Shown piece by piece: positions 18,596 to 27,764 of a DNA stretch of 64,000 nucleotides. Each line of letters starts with the position of its first letter. The stretch's first letter is position 1. The stretch covers positions 166,179-230,178 of the forward strand of contig JBAQFI010000012.1 of the NCBI GenBank assembly GCA_049287185.1, written 5' to 3'. A program made the translations under genes and the position numbers. The stretch is from Minisyncoccia bacterium. Its GTDB lineage: Bacteria > Patescibacteriota > Minisyncoccia > Phycocordibacterales > GWA1-40-21. The notes beneath the pieces were generated by a model. That model searched no databases. It saw only the letters and a list, made by a program, of their open reading frames with translations, and was not told the origin of the DNA.

Positions 18596-19222
18596 ATGGA
18601 TACCATTAATAAATTAACTAAAATCTTCTCTGACTTTCCTGGTATTGGTCCGAGACAAGCCAAGCGATTTGTCTATTATCTTTTAGTTCGTGATCAAACC
18701 TATCTAAAACAATTGGTCAATTTACTTAGCGAGCTTAAAGATGAAATAGTAAACTGTGAAGAATGTCATCGCTTTTTTCCTGCCAACAAAAACAACACTA
18801 TCTCGCTCTGTGATATTTGTCGTGGGGCCAATCGCGATGTTTCCGAAATTATGATTGTTAGTCGGGATATTGATTTAGAGAATATGGAAAAGACTCATTC
18901 CTGGAATGGTCGTTATTTCGTTTTAGGTGGAAATATTCCAATCCTTGAAAAAAATCCCGAACAAAAGGTTCGGATAAATGAGTTATTGAGTATGGTGGAA
19001 AAACTGGCAAAAAACGGATTGGGCGAAATTGTTCTGGGTTTAAGTGCTAATTCAGAGGGTGAATATACTGAACAGATTTTGAAACAAACTCTAGCTCCCC
19101 TAGCCGAGAAATATAAATTATCTATCACCACTCTTGGTCGCGGTCTCTCGACTGGTACTGAAATAGAATATTCTGATGGCGACACCTTAAAGAGCGCTTT
19201 AGAAAATCGTCATAAGATTTAA
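18596..19222 (+). CDS. recR: recombination protein RecR (C4 zinc finger, Toprim)
   Basis: FPGIGPRQAKR HhH and CEEC...CDIC finger. Confidence 0.9.
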   Translation: MDTINKLTKIFSDFPGIGPRQAKRFVYYLLVRDQTYLKQLVNLLSELKDEIVNCEECHRFFPANKNNTISLCDICRGANRDVSEIMIVSRDIDLENMEKTHSWNGRYFVLGGNIPILEKNPEQKVRINELLSMVEKLAKNGLGEIVLGLSANSEGEYTEQILKQTLAPLAEKYKLSITTLGRGLSTGTEIEYSDGDTLKSALENRHKI

Positions 19223-19238
19223 TCTATTTTTTCATATT

Positions 19239-19412
19239 CGTCATTGCGAGCCAGTACTCTGGCGCGGCAATCCATCTTAAAAGATAAAATTAATCCTCAC
19301 CACAAGGGCATTTCCATTTTCTACCACGGAGTACCATGAAGAAAATTAGATCACATCGGGAATCCAGTCAAAATTAATTCTGGATCCCATCGTGAGGTCT
19401 TGCCTCACGATG
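19239..19412. repeat. IR-A family element with long internal segment (caccacaagggcatttccattttcta...), right arm degenerate
   Basis: internal segment also inside copies at 49790-49866 and 56810-56870. Confidence 0.5.
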
Positions 19413-19440
19413 CTTCTGTTTTGCAATTGCAGTCAAATAA

Positions 19441-19470
19441 AAACCCCGCCAAGTGGCGGGTTTTTATTTT
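19441..19470. terminator. bidirectional terminator (ccccgcc aagt ggcgggg) shared by recR and rplU
   Basis: GC hairpin with flanking A/T runs. Confidence 0.7.
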
Positions 19471-19473
19471 AAA

Positions 19474-19791
19474 TTATTTAATTGAGGTTATTTCAACTTT
19501 GAAATAAGGTTGCTGATGGCCAGCTTTCTTAAAATATTTACTTTTTTGTTTGTAGTGAATAACGGTAATTTTAGCAGCACGGTCAATTTCTTTAATAACA
19601 GCGTTAACCAAGGCACCTTTGATATATGGGTTTCCAAGAGTGGTATCATTTCCATCGTCTACTAGTAAAACCTTATCAAAAACAACTTTGTCACCTACTT
19701 TATAGGTTCCAATAATCTTTTCAATATTAAGCACGTCTCCTTTGGAAACGCGATATTGTTTACCTCCTGTTTGTATTACTGCAAATTCCAT
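19474..19791 (-). CDS. rplU: 50S ribosomal protein L21
   Basis: MEFAVIQTGGKQYRV L21 N-terminus. Confidence 0.9.
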   Translation of the reverse strand: MEFAVIQTGGKQYRVSKGDVLNIEKIIGTYKVGDKVVFDKVLLVDDGNDTTLGNPYIKGALVNAVIKEIDRAAKITVIHYKQKSKYFKKAGHQQPYFKVEITSIK

Positions 19792-19840
19792 AAGCGCTAT
19801 AATATACTAAACAGGAACTTTTTGCAAGTCTGTTTTTCTT

Positions 19841-19877
19841 CATACTAAATACTACATACTTGATACTGAATACTAAA
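19841..19877. repeat. heptad direct repeats (ATACTNN)x5 upstream of rplU promoter-like TTGCAA-N17-TATATT
   Basis: 7 bp periodicity of AGTAT on the rplU coding strand. Confidence 0.5.
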
Positions 19878-19878
19878 T

Positions 19879-20955
19879 TTATTCCTCACTTTCTGGCTTT
19901 GTAACTTCCAAAAGTTCAATGTCAGATTCAACACCGGTAATTCTCACCACGTCTTTATCAATTTTCCTAAACTCACGGTTTGAAGCATTAAAGTGGTTTA
20001 CTGTCGTAGTTAGAGCGTTACCTAGCTTACCCTGATATTCTTCAAAGCTCTTTAAGTGCTTCTGAAGCCCCTCTACGTTTTTGCGAATTTCCTTGGCTGA
20101 TTCCTCAATCTGCATAGCCTTTAAACCCTGCAAAACGGTCTGTAGATAGGCCAAGAACGAGGTCGGCGAGACAATGATCACTTTGTATTTATTAGCAGCT
20201 CTCTGAATCAAATTGTCGGTTTCTTCGGTTATGGCTCCAATCTTATTGACCAGTAAATCATAGTAGATAGCTTCATGAGGAATGAACATAAAAGCAAAGT
20301 CCATCGTCCCCTCTTTTGGTCGAATATATTTTGAAGTTTCCTGAATGCGTAATTTTAGGTCATTCACAAAAGCTTTTTCTAGTTTTTCTTTTTCAGCTGG
20401 ATTTTGTTCGACACTTAACTTGTTATAATTTTCCAAGGAAAATTTAGAGTCCACCGGAATGATTTTATCCTTTACAAAAACTGCTGCATCCACAATTTCG
20501 CCGTTTTCGAAAGCATACTGCATTTTGTATTGAGTTGGGGCTAAAACATTTTGAAGTAGAGTTTCCAAATAATATTCACCTAGAATACCGCGATGTTTAG
20601 GATTTTTTAAAATGTCTTGGAGTGATTGTAGTTGATCAGCAAAAGATACCACCTGTCGATTGGTTTCGTCTAGCTTGGTTAAACCTTTGGTCACATCCTG
20701 AATCAGTTTAGCTGATTCAGAAAACTGGTGACGAACTGATTCATTCATCTGACGAGAGGTCTCTCCCATTTTTTCATCAACTGTTCGGGAAATTTCGTTC
20801 AACTGTTGTAGAATGAGCTTAAAGCCAATATCTTCTTTTGGTTGACTATTCTCCTCTTTTCTACTAAACAGTTTAAAAATCAAAAAAATATTAACTCCAA
20901 TGGCAGCGATTAGTAATATAACAGCAATAATTATTATGATGTCTGACATAGGCAC
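19879..20955 (-). CDS. rmuC: DNA recombination protein RmuC (N-terminal TM, coiled coil, RmuC nuclease-like C-domain)
   Basis: family-typical architecture and conserved C-terminal segment. Confidence 0.75.
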   Translation of the reverse strand: MPMSDIIIIIAVILLIAAIGVNIFLIFKLFSRKEENSQPKEDIGFKLILQQLNEISRTVDEKMGETSRQMNESVRHQFSESAKLIQDVTKGLTKLDETNRQVVSFADQLQSLQDILKNPKHRGILGEYYLETLLQNVLAPTQYKMQYAFENGEIVDAAVFVKDKIIPVDSKFSLENYNKLSVEQNPAEKEKLEKAFVNDLKLRIQETSKYIRPKEGTMDFAFMFIPHEAIYYDLLVNKIGAITEETDNLIQRAANKYKVIIVSPTSFLAYLQTVLQGLKAMQIEESAKEIRKNVEGLQKHLKSFEEYQGKLGNALTTTVNHFNASNREFRKIDKDVVRITGVESDIELLEVTKPESEE

Positions 20956-21007
20956 ATTATAGCAAATATGCTAAGATATTTAAACAGCTAATAATTATTA
21001 GATTTAA

Positions 21008-21073
21008 CCCACCCGCAAAAATTTTGACTGAAAAATCTCCGATTTTTAACTAGACAAAACTTTATCGGGCAAG
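21008..21073. repeat. MITE-like module family C, reverse orientation relative to 12970-13034, ends 4 nt before the yqeY-like start codon
   Basis: about 90 percent identical over about 60 bp. Confidence 0.55.
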
Positions 21074-21076
21074 AAC

Positions 21077-21535
21077 ATGATTATATTAAGACAAAAAATA
21101 AAAGATGAGACCAAGGATGCGATGATTAAGAAAGACGCTGTCCGTCTTATGACTCTACGTAACCTGGCTGATGTTGTCACCAAAGAATTTGTTGTTAAAG
21201 GTATAAAAAAAGACGAGGAAGTCACTGAAGATGATGTTTTAACTATTATTCGTAGGTTAGTAAAACAACGTAAAGATTCAATCGAACAATTCACCAAAGG
21301 TGGTCGCCCAGAATTAGCAGAAAATGAAACTGCCGAAATGAAAATCCTGGAGGCTTACCTACCACAGATGATGAGCAAAGATGAAATTAAAAAAATTGCT
21401 GAAGCTAAAAAAATTGAACTTGGCATCACAGATAAAACTAAACTTGGACAATTTGTTGGGACACTTATGAAAGAACTGAAAGGTAAAGCTGACGGTGCTG
21501 ATGTTAAGGCAGTAGCAGAGGAACTATTTAATTAA
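21077..21535 (+). CDS. GatB/YqeY domain protein
   Basis: YqeY-family conserved segments (LRNL...KQRKDSI...GR.ELAE). Confidence 0.75.
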   Translation: MIILRQKIKDETKDAMIKKDAVRLMTLRNLADVVTKEFVVKGIKKDEEVTEDDVLTIIRRLVKQRKDSIEQFTKGGRPELAENETAEMKILEAYLPQMMSKDEIKKIAEAKKIELGITDKTKLGQFVGTLMKELKGKADGADVKAVAEELFN

Positions 21536-21552
21536 TCATTGTTATAAACAAA

Positions 21553-21585
21553 ATACCCCTGATTTGCTATCAGGGGTATTTTTTA
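21553..21585 (+). terminator. rho-independent terminator (atacccctgat ttgcta tcaggggtat + T6)
   Basis: hairpin plus T-run. Confidence 0.7.
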
Positions 21586-21632
21586 GTTCTCATTCGCCAA
21601 AATAGGCGAATGACATACGATTGGTTTTATGT

Positions 21633-21659
21633 TTGACAAACAACAATTTATGTTATAGT
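21633..21659 (+). promoter_or_regulatory. sigma70-like promoter TTGACA-N15-TGTTATAGT upstream of 21740 operon
   Basis: consensus -35 and extended -10-like. Confidence 0.4.
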
Positions 21660-21739
21660 ATGGTGTAAAAGTTCATTAAAATAACAATTAAATATCGACC
21701 TAAAACAAATGGAAATTTGTTTGGTCAAAGGAGGTTAAA

Positions 21740-22162
21740 ATGGCTAAGGAAGTTGCTGATTCAGTAAGGTCTGAAAGGATGACTGCATTCCTGTTGAAAA
21801 ATGGGATTGTTGTTAAAGCTGAGGATCTGAATCGTCACTGGGGTATATTTGATCGTAACGCCATGTATTTTATCTGGCGTAATATGAGAAAAAAGCGCTT
21901 GGCAACAATCGTAAATATTCTCACTCAAAAAAATGTCCCAATTGAGTATATTGGGAAAAAAACTGAGTTGAAATCTCTAGGACCAAAAGTTGAACTCCTG
22001 GAGATTGAGATTGTGGATCACCCAGTAAAACCTGAACGAATGGGTCAAGCTGGTAAAAAATGTCCTCACTGTGGATATGTTGATCCAGCGAGTGGTAGCA
22101 CCAAGTGCCCAAACTGCGATACAGTATATTCACAAACAGAAATGGAGGTTGAAAATGGCTGA
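21740..22162 (+). CDS. hypothetical protein with C-terminal C4 zinc ribbon (CPHCG...CPNC)
   Basis: AAAGGAGG RBS; stop overlaps next start (ATGGCTGA). Confidence 0.5.
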   Translation: MAKEVADSVRSERMTAFLLKNGIVVKAEDLNRHWGIFDRNAMYFIWRNMRKKRLATIVNILTQKNVPIEYIGKKTELKSLGPKVELLEIEIVDHPVKPERMGQAGKKCPHCGYVDPASGSTKCPNCDTVYSQTEMEVENG

Positions 22163-22556
22163 GCAGATTCCTGTTAAACCAAATCTTTTCCCAAGTGCGA
22201 GAAGATTCCACATCGAAAACTACGTCGTACCAATTTTTCACAAACTAAGGATTGCCCTTGAGGTAACCGATCCTGTGATACCTTTGACAGATATCATATC
22301 TGAAACGTATCGCGATCATCTCTTTTGCGAGGAGCAAAAGAGAAAAGTGTGCAAAAAAGCTGGCACGGAATTCAAACCGACTATGTTTCACTATCCAACT
22401 GCGGTTCGGATGTTACTCCGTTTTGCTGGTTTTCCAAGGAATGGTGAGATTTATCACGCTATCCTGAAAGTCTCAAATGAGCGAGCCGTGGCTGCCAACA
22501 AAAAGAAGGCTTCAAGAATTGCCGTCTTGAAAGCAAAAACCAACCTGAAGAAATAA
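22155..22556 (+). CDS. hypothetical protein, translationally coupled to upstream gene (start chosen at MAEQIP with GGAGG RBS)
   Basis: ATG/TGA overlap; ORF-track start 22071 would overlap by 90 nt. Confidence 0.45.
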   Translation: MAEQIPVKPNLFPSARRFHIENYVVPIFHKLRIALEVTDPVIPLTDIISETYRDHLFCEEQKRKVCKKAGTEFKPTMFHYPTAVRMLLRFAGFPRNGEIYHAILKVSNERAVAANKKKASRIAVLKAKTNLKK

Positions 22557-22643
22557 TTTTCTTCAGAACAAATCGAGTTCCAGAAATGGGCTCGATTTTT
22601 ACTTTTAATTATTATAGTGTTATATTTACCCAAGTCACATTTT

Positions 22644-22715
22644 GGCCCTATCGTCTAACGGTTAGGACAGAGCCTTCTCAAGGCTTAAATCGGGGTTCGA
22701 TTCCCCGTAGGGTCA
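22644..22715 (+). tRNA. tRNA-Glu (anticodon CUC)
   Basis: manual cloverleaf: acceptor GGCCCTA/TAGGGTC, D-loop AACGGTTA, anticodon loop TTCTCAA, T-loop TTCGATT. Confidence 0.8.
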
Positions 22716-22863
22716 CAAAAATTTACAGGGTATAATTTTTATGATTTCAAAATGCAAAAGTCTTTGCATTTTGAAAGAATCGAAAGACGGAGGCCGACGG
22801 GCCGAGTCGGGGTCGCAAGATTTTTCAGCAGAAAAATACTAGTGACCGAAAGCGTACTCGCGT

Positions 22864-22879
22864 TTCCCCATAGGGTCAC
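22864..22879 (+). repeat. direct repeat of tRNA-Glu 3' end (ttccccatagggtcac vs ttccccgtagggtcac at 22701-22716): att-like scar
   Basis: 16/17 identity 148 bp downstream of the tRNA. Confidence 0.5.
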
Positions 22880-22959
22880 TTTCATGAGCTAACGCAAGAA
22901 GTAGTTATTTGTATTATTGATGTATACACATAACATAATTATTACGTTATAATAAATAT

Positions 22960-23178
22960 ATGAAAAATGAAGAAAAGAAAACTAATCAAATGAGGATATT
23001 TTTGTTGTTTATATTAATATTGATTATAATAAATTTTATTTTTGAACTTAATTTTTCTTATTACATTTGGGTTATACTTTTCTTTTTAGTCTGTTTTCTA
23101 GCTCTTGTCCAAGTGCTTGATAGAAAATTAAGAGCACTGAGTGATCGTATATCAAAATTAGAAAAAAAAGATATATGA
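22960..23178 (+). CDS. small 2-TM membrane protein with charged coiled-coil tail, very AT-rich
   Basis: ORF and hydrophobicity only. Confidence 0.3.
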   Translation: MKNEEKKTNQMRIFLLFILILIIINFIFELNFSYYIWVILFFLVCFLALVQVLDRKLRALSDRISKLEKKDI

Positions 23179-23384
23179 GTTTTATTTATTTACAGAACAT
23201 AAATCCAAGCAAAATATCAGCGATACTCAGTATTATTGTTGCTATTATTATACTTGTGTCTAATTTTTTCCAATGGTGGAATATAACATACGATGGAACA
23301 ATGATTACTAAAAAATGGGTTAAGATTGTTTTTGTAATTTCTATAGTAGTATTAATAATTTCTGGAATATTAGTATTAATTTAA
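23175..23384 (+). CDS. small 2-TM membrane protein, overlaps upstream stop by 4 nt
   Basis: ORF and hydrophobicity only. Confidence 0.3.
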   Translation: MSFIYLQNINPSKISAILSIIVAIIILVSNFFQWWNITYDGTMITKKWVKIVFVISIVVLIISGILVLI

Positions 23385-23476
23385 CAACATATGAGAATGA
23401 TTATTATATTTCATTTAGAAGTAATAAAATAACTTTACTAATCAACTTTAAAATTCATATCTCCTAGCTCAAAAAT

Positions 23477-24022
23477 TTAACCAGACTTTAATTTCCTTCT
23501 CATCTCCTTATATTCTGGAATTACCATGCTAACTAGTTTCCAAAAATCTTTAGAGTGATTAAACTCCTTTAAATGACATAGCTCATGAACAATCACGTAA
23601 TCTCTGACTTCGGCTGGCAAATACTTTATTTTATAATTGAAATTTAAATTTCCTTTACGAGAACAACTGCCCCACCGGCTTTTCTGATTTCGAATGGTAA
23701 TTTTGTTGTATTTTAATCCATAGGTTTGATTAAAAAAACTCAGCCTTTCTTCAACGAGTTTTTGCACTTCATTTTTATATTTTAAAAAATCTTTTTTTGT
23801 ACTGATATGGACAAATCTCATTGGTGATTTTAGAAACTTTCGTACCTTTTCACTTATCCAGGCTTTTTTTTCGAATAAAAACTTTTGTAGTAAATTATTG
23901 TTAAAATTCCTTGGAACAGTAACTACCACTCGCCCATCACAAAACACCGAGATTTTCATTCGCTTGGCACGCAGGCTTTGTCTAAGTTTATACTGAATTG
24001 AATCCAAATTATTTATTGACAT
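23477..24022 (-). CDS. DUF45/YgjP-like zinc-dependent hydrolase (WGSC...HELCHL..NHS.FW)
   Basis: family-diagnostic motifs. Confidence 0.7.
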   Translation of the reverse strand: MSINNLDSIQYKLRQSLRAKRMKISVFCDGRVVVTVPRNFNNNLLQKFLFEKKAWISEKVRKFLKSPMRFVHISTKKDFLKYKNEVQKLVEERLSFFNQTYGLKYNKITIRNQKSRWGSCSRKGNLNFNYKIKYLPAEVRDYVIVHELCHLKEFNHSKDFWKLVSMVIPEYKEMRRKLKSG

Positions 24023-24062
24023 AATTTAAAAACTCCGATTGTTCGGAGTTTTAATACTTGCG

Positions 24063-24377
24063 TTATTCTTCGCAACTACCATTAACGTCATCCCAGAGCT
24101 TTTTCGTACTTATGATTGATTCAAACATATCACCTAGTCTAACCTCGTCAACTTTATTTAGTGGTGTATTCATGTCAGTTAATTTTTCCATTCTTTCACT
24201 AAATTTTCTGTTCAAAACAAGAAAATAATCCCAGAGGTATTTCTTATTACAAGCATCATGAGCTTCCTCAGTATCAAAAATCATCCATGGTAGTGATAAG
24301 ACTCCAGCACTGGCATATTCCCCACTAATTCTATTTGAGATAGAAACAAATCCTCGTGTTTTTATTTTGTATGACAT
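24063..24377 (-). CDS. hypothetical protein
   Basis: ORF only. Confidence 0.35.
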   Translation of the reverse strand: MSYKIKTRGFVSISNRISGEYASAGVLSLPWMIFDTEEAHDACNKKYLWDYFLVLNRKFSERMEKLTDMNTPLNKVDEVRLGDMFESIISTKKLWDDVNGSCEE

Positions 24378-24410
24378 TTTGTCAAAAGTTAAATTAATAA
24401 TAAATAAAAA

Positions 24411-25160
24411 TTAATATTCCGCTGAAACACTAGTAAAACCATCTTTAGTTACCACAACATGGTCCAGTAAATCTATACCGAGCATTTTCCCGGCTTTCAC
24501 CAACTGGTTAGTTATTTCTATGTCTGCCTGGCTTGGTTTTGAATCACCAGATGGGTGGTTATGAACTAATATCATGGCTACTGCGGAATATTCTAGAGCG
24601 GGTTTAAAAACTTCACGTGGATGAATAAGGTTAGAATCAGCGGTTCCGATAGAGATAGTCTCATCATGGATAACTTTATGATGAGCGTTCAAATAAAGGC
24701 CTCTAAGATTCTCTTTTGGTAATTCACGCATATCTTTAGCGTACTCAAAAACATCCTGGGCATTACGTACCGTGGCTAAACCATTGCCGTTCTTTTCAAA
24801 AAATCGGCGACCGAGTTCACAGCAGGCTACGACTTGGAGAGCTTTACTGATTGGAATATCCAATTCCTTTGCTAGGAGGATTGGATCATTGTGATTGGCC
24901 AGTCCCTTTGCACCATATTCTTTTAGAATTCTGTGACACATTTCCATGACTCCCTCTTTTTTAGAGCCAATACCTAAAATTATAGCTAGCAATTCAGGCG
25001 AGGATAGACTCGTAGAGCCAGATTTCAACATTTTTTCTCGCGGCCGTTCATCATCTGGCAAATCATGAATTTTTAAAACATAAGTTTTGGGTTCTTGGTC
25101 CAAAACTAAGCTGTTATCAATAATCCGATAATTACTCCTAACAAGATCTAGTGTTTTCAT
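24411..25160 (-). CDS. radC: RadC-like JAB/MPN domain protein (HNHPSG motif, N-terminal HhH)
   Basis: JAMM motif and RadC architecture. Confidence 0.85.
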   Translation of the reverse strand: MKTLDLVRSNYRIIDNSLVLDQEPKTYVLKIHDLPDDERPREKMLKSGSTSLSSPELLAIILGIGSKKEGVMEMCHRILKEYGAKGLANHNDPILLAKELDIPISKALQVVACCELGRRFFEKNGNGLATVRNAQDVFEYAKDMRELPKENLRGLYLNAHHKVIHDETISIGTADSNLIHPREVFKPALEYSAVAMILVHNHPSGDSKPSQADIEITNQLVKAGKMLGIDLLDHVVVTKDGFTSVSAEY

Positions 25161-25237
25161 AAATTTATGTCAGTATTATATCAGATGTTATTTAAGTTGA
25201 GAAGAAAAAGAGGTCCTAGTAAAACTAGAACCTCAAG

Positions 25238-25492
25238 TTAATAGTGACTGAGCATGGCAACAGTGTTTTCAATGTCCTTCTCGATAATTGACAACTTTTC
25301 TTTCGATGAATGTTCCTTGGCCATTTCCGCTTTTTTCTCGGCTTCAAGTACCTCGAGTAAACTAATAATGGCTTTTTTTGTTGGTACCATAATGGTATCA
25401 CCTGGTTTCCAACCCGACTTTTCGCAAAGTCGACATCCAATACCTAAATACTTACCATGTTGGCAAATATTTTTTTCATTAATATTATCCAT
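25238..25492 (-). CDS. small hypothetical protein with N-terminal Cys/His cluster
   Basis: ORF only. Confidence 0.35.
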   Translation of the reverse strand: MDNINEKNICQHGKYLGIGCRLCEKSGWKPGDTIMVPTKKAIISLLEVLEAEKKAEMAKEHSSKEKLSIIEKDIENTVAMLSHY

Positions 25493-25623
25493 CTTAATCT
25501 CCTTTTTCTTTTTTGAAATTTTAAATAACTATTTAATTGAATAGTAGCAGTAATCTAAAAATTGTAAAGAAAAAGCCCAACTTACAGTCGTAAGTTGGGG
25601 GTTAAAATCTGAAAAGACAAATA

Positions 25624-26121
25624 TTAAGACTCGGGAATAATGACATAAAGTCCGAAAGCACAGTTCCAAACACTCTTCAGTGAGAAGTTGAATCGGCGGA
25701 GACGCAGGCCAAGACAAGTTTCATCAATCCAAGCAACAGAATAATCTGAATTATTTTTACTCCTCAGTAATACAAGAGTGGCTATACCACCAGGATGTAA
25801 CCAGTGAGAATATTCGGTTACAAACTGTCTGATCTGTTCTGGCTCAAGACACAAGTGATCCAAATTATCGCTAGCCGATAAAAAAATATCACGAAAAATT
25901 CCATCTTTTTTATCAAACCGATAAACCTGAGCCCTGGTCTGTGGTGTATAGGTGCCTGGAATATTCCACAGGTTTTGGCTAAAATCCGAATCTATTCCGC
26001 CGGGAAATACCTTTCTAACCTGAAAAAAAGTTTCTTTGCCCGACGTCGTCTTAAGAATAATTTCACTGCCTTTTGAAATACAACTCAAATTTTCAGTGAC
26101 ATATTCAGCTGTTGATATCAT
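25624..26121 (-). CDS. hypothetical protein (LHPGG segment reminiscent of SAM-methyltransferase post-I motif, no GxGxG)
   Basis: ORF only. Confidence 0.35.
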   Translation of the reverse strand: MISTAEYVTENLSCISKGSEIILKTTSGKETFFQVRKVFPGGIDSDFSQNLWNIPGTYTPQTRAQVYRFDKKDGIFRDIFLSASDNLDHLCLEPEQIRQFVTEYSHWLHPGGIATLVLLRSKNNSDYSVAWIDETCLGLRLRRFNFSLKSVWNCAFGLYVIIPES

Positions 26122-26205
26122 TCTCTTTCCTTTCTTTATCTATGTTTATAGTTAACAAGGTTCTAATTTACATATTAGGCTTTTTTCGACTTTTGGCAAG
26201 TATTT

Positions 26206-26619
26206 CTAATTAAAATTAATTTGAAAATTATACATACCCATACCACACAAACCCTTAAGGGACTCCCCAGCCTTTAGTGTACCTAAATCAATAATTGTCT
26301 CCCCGGTTTGAGGCAAAATCTTTTGGTAGCCAATAGCGTTTATTCGAAGAGCAGCAGAACAATCATAGGTACCATTGGTCTTTACTATTAGTTTACTTGG
26401 GATGCCCGCCTGAGCCGTAGATACTCGTGGTGAATAGCCCCCTTTAGCTAGGATAGTTATATATTGCACACCATCTTTGATTTCCACATTTGAGGCAATC
26501 TGATTACCAGTCTTAATGGTTGGAGTATTAGTAACATTTGTTTTCTTACTACCAAAAAACATAATTCCTAAAACAATAACTAGTCCGACGGTAATAATAA
26601 TTAGAACTCTTTTATTCAT
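26206..26619 (-). CDS. membrane-anchored cupredoxin-like putative copper-binding protein (C...C.MGM C-terminus)
   Basis: operon context with copA and Cys/Met motif. Confidence 0.5.
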   Translation of the reverse strand: MNKRVLIIITVGLVIVLGIMFFGSKKTNVTNTPTIKTGNQIASNVEIKDGVQYITILAKGGYSPRVSTAQAGIPSKLIVKTNGTYDCSAALRINAIGYQKILPQTGETIIDLGTLKAGESLKGLCGMGMYNFQINFN

Positions 26620-26623
26620 AAAT

Positions 26624-27637
26624 TTATATATTAAATAGTGGGTTAATAATACCTAAGCCAGCTAGACCACCGAGTAAAGCGAAAATTCCTAGTCCTAAGA
26701 CAACAACGCCAGCCGACTTGAAGAATAATGGAGCATATTTTGATTTCGAAAATGAAACGGAACTAAATGATATTAGAGCTAAAACTGGTAATGTACCTAG
26801 AGAAAATGCCAACATAATAAGTAATCCAGAAATAAATGAACCGCTGGACAAAGCCGATACTTGCATGGACTGTGTAAAGCCACAAGGCAAGAAGAAAGTT
26901 CCTAGTCCAATTATAATTGGCGCCCAGGTAGCATGTTCAATTTTTCTAAAATAATTAAAGAAATTATTTGGCAAGGTTAATTTGTTTCTCTTAAATATTT
27001 CTAAAAGATTTAGACCGAGTAAGATCATAATTAGTGAAGCTAGAAGCCCAATGATAGCTGAAAAAAGAAAACTGATTCCAAAAGCTTCACCAATGAGACC
27101 AAGTATTCCTCCAAGCAAAGCGAAGCCAACAATTCGTCCAAGATGAAATAGGACAAATGTTTTGGTGGCAGATTTATTATCGTCTTGAGCCACTTTAGCG
27201 GACAATGACAAAACCAGTCCCCCAACCACCGCTAAACAACTCGAGAGCGAGGCAATAATACCAATAATTAACGCAGTTAATGGCGTGGTACCACCGCCAA
27301 TTCCAATATTAAGAATCCCAGATTTTTGTAACCAAAAGAATAAAACAAGAACAATCAAACCAATGGGAATTGCCTGCCAAATAGTATTATCAGAAATTTT
27401 CACACCAACTTTTTTCTCTTTGGAAACACTATATCCATGTGATTTAATTTTCTCTGAAATAATTGACTCAAGCTCATCTAAACTTTTTTCACTTTCTGTT
27501 TCGATATCAATAGTTTCATTTTTAATATTTACGTCTACTTTGTCTATTGAATCTAGACCAAGTAAAATATCCTCTATCAATATCTTACATGAGGCGCAAT
27601 GAGTACCAGAAATATGTAAAGTGTGTTTTTTTGTCAT
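26624..27637 (-). CDS. heavy-metal-associated (GTHCASC) domain fused to CcdA/DsbD-like transmembrane domain
   Basis: HMA CxxC motif plus multi-TM domain with Cys pair. Confidence 0.65.
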   Translation of the reverse strand: MTKKHTLHISGTHCASCKILIEDILLGLDSIDKVDVNIKNETIDIETESEKSLDELESIISEKIKSHGYSVSKEKKVGVKISDNTIWQAIPIGLIVLVLFFWLQKSGILNIGIGGGTTPLTALIIGIIASLSSCLAVVGGLVLSLSAKVAQDDNKSATKTFVLFHLGRIVGFALLGGILGLIGEAFGISFLFSAIIGLLASLIMILLGLNLLEIFKRNKLTLPNNFFNYFRKIEHATWAPIIIGLGTFFLPCGFTQSMQVSALSSGSFISGLLIMLAFSLGTLPVLALISFSSVSFSKSKYAPLFFKSAGVVVLGLGIFALLGGLAGLGIINPLFNI

Positions 27638-27666
27638 TATTTTTTAATATTTAATTTGTTGTATTT

Positions 27667-27738
27667 GTCATTCCCGCGCAGGCGGGAATCCAGGTCTTTC
27701 TTTTAATTTTTCTGGATTCCCGCCTGCGCGGGAATGAC
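27667..27738. repeat. IR-A family element, canonical form: gtcattcccgcgcaggcgggaatccag - 18 bp - ctggattcccgcctgcgcgggaatgac, inside the cop operon
   Basis: perfect inverted arms each containing an 8 bp GC hairpin. Confidence 0.65.
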
Positions 27739-27764
27739 AGAGGATAATTTATAGTTAGTAATTA

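Noticed and set aside
22716-22863. Second, degenerate tRNA or tmRNA fragment between tRNA-Glu and its 3' repeat
   Set aside because: Only the last 16 nt of a tRNA are present, and no acceptor, D-arm or anticodon-arm can be folded. It is treated as an att-like duplication.
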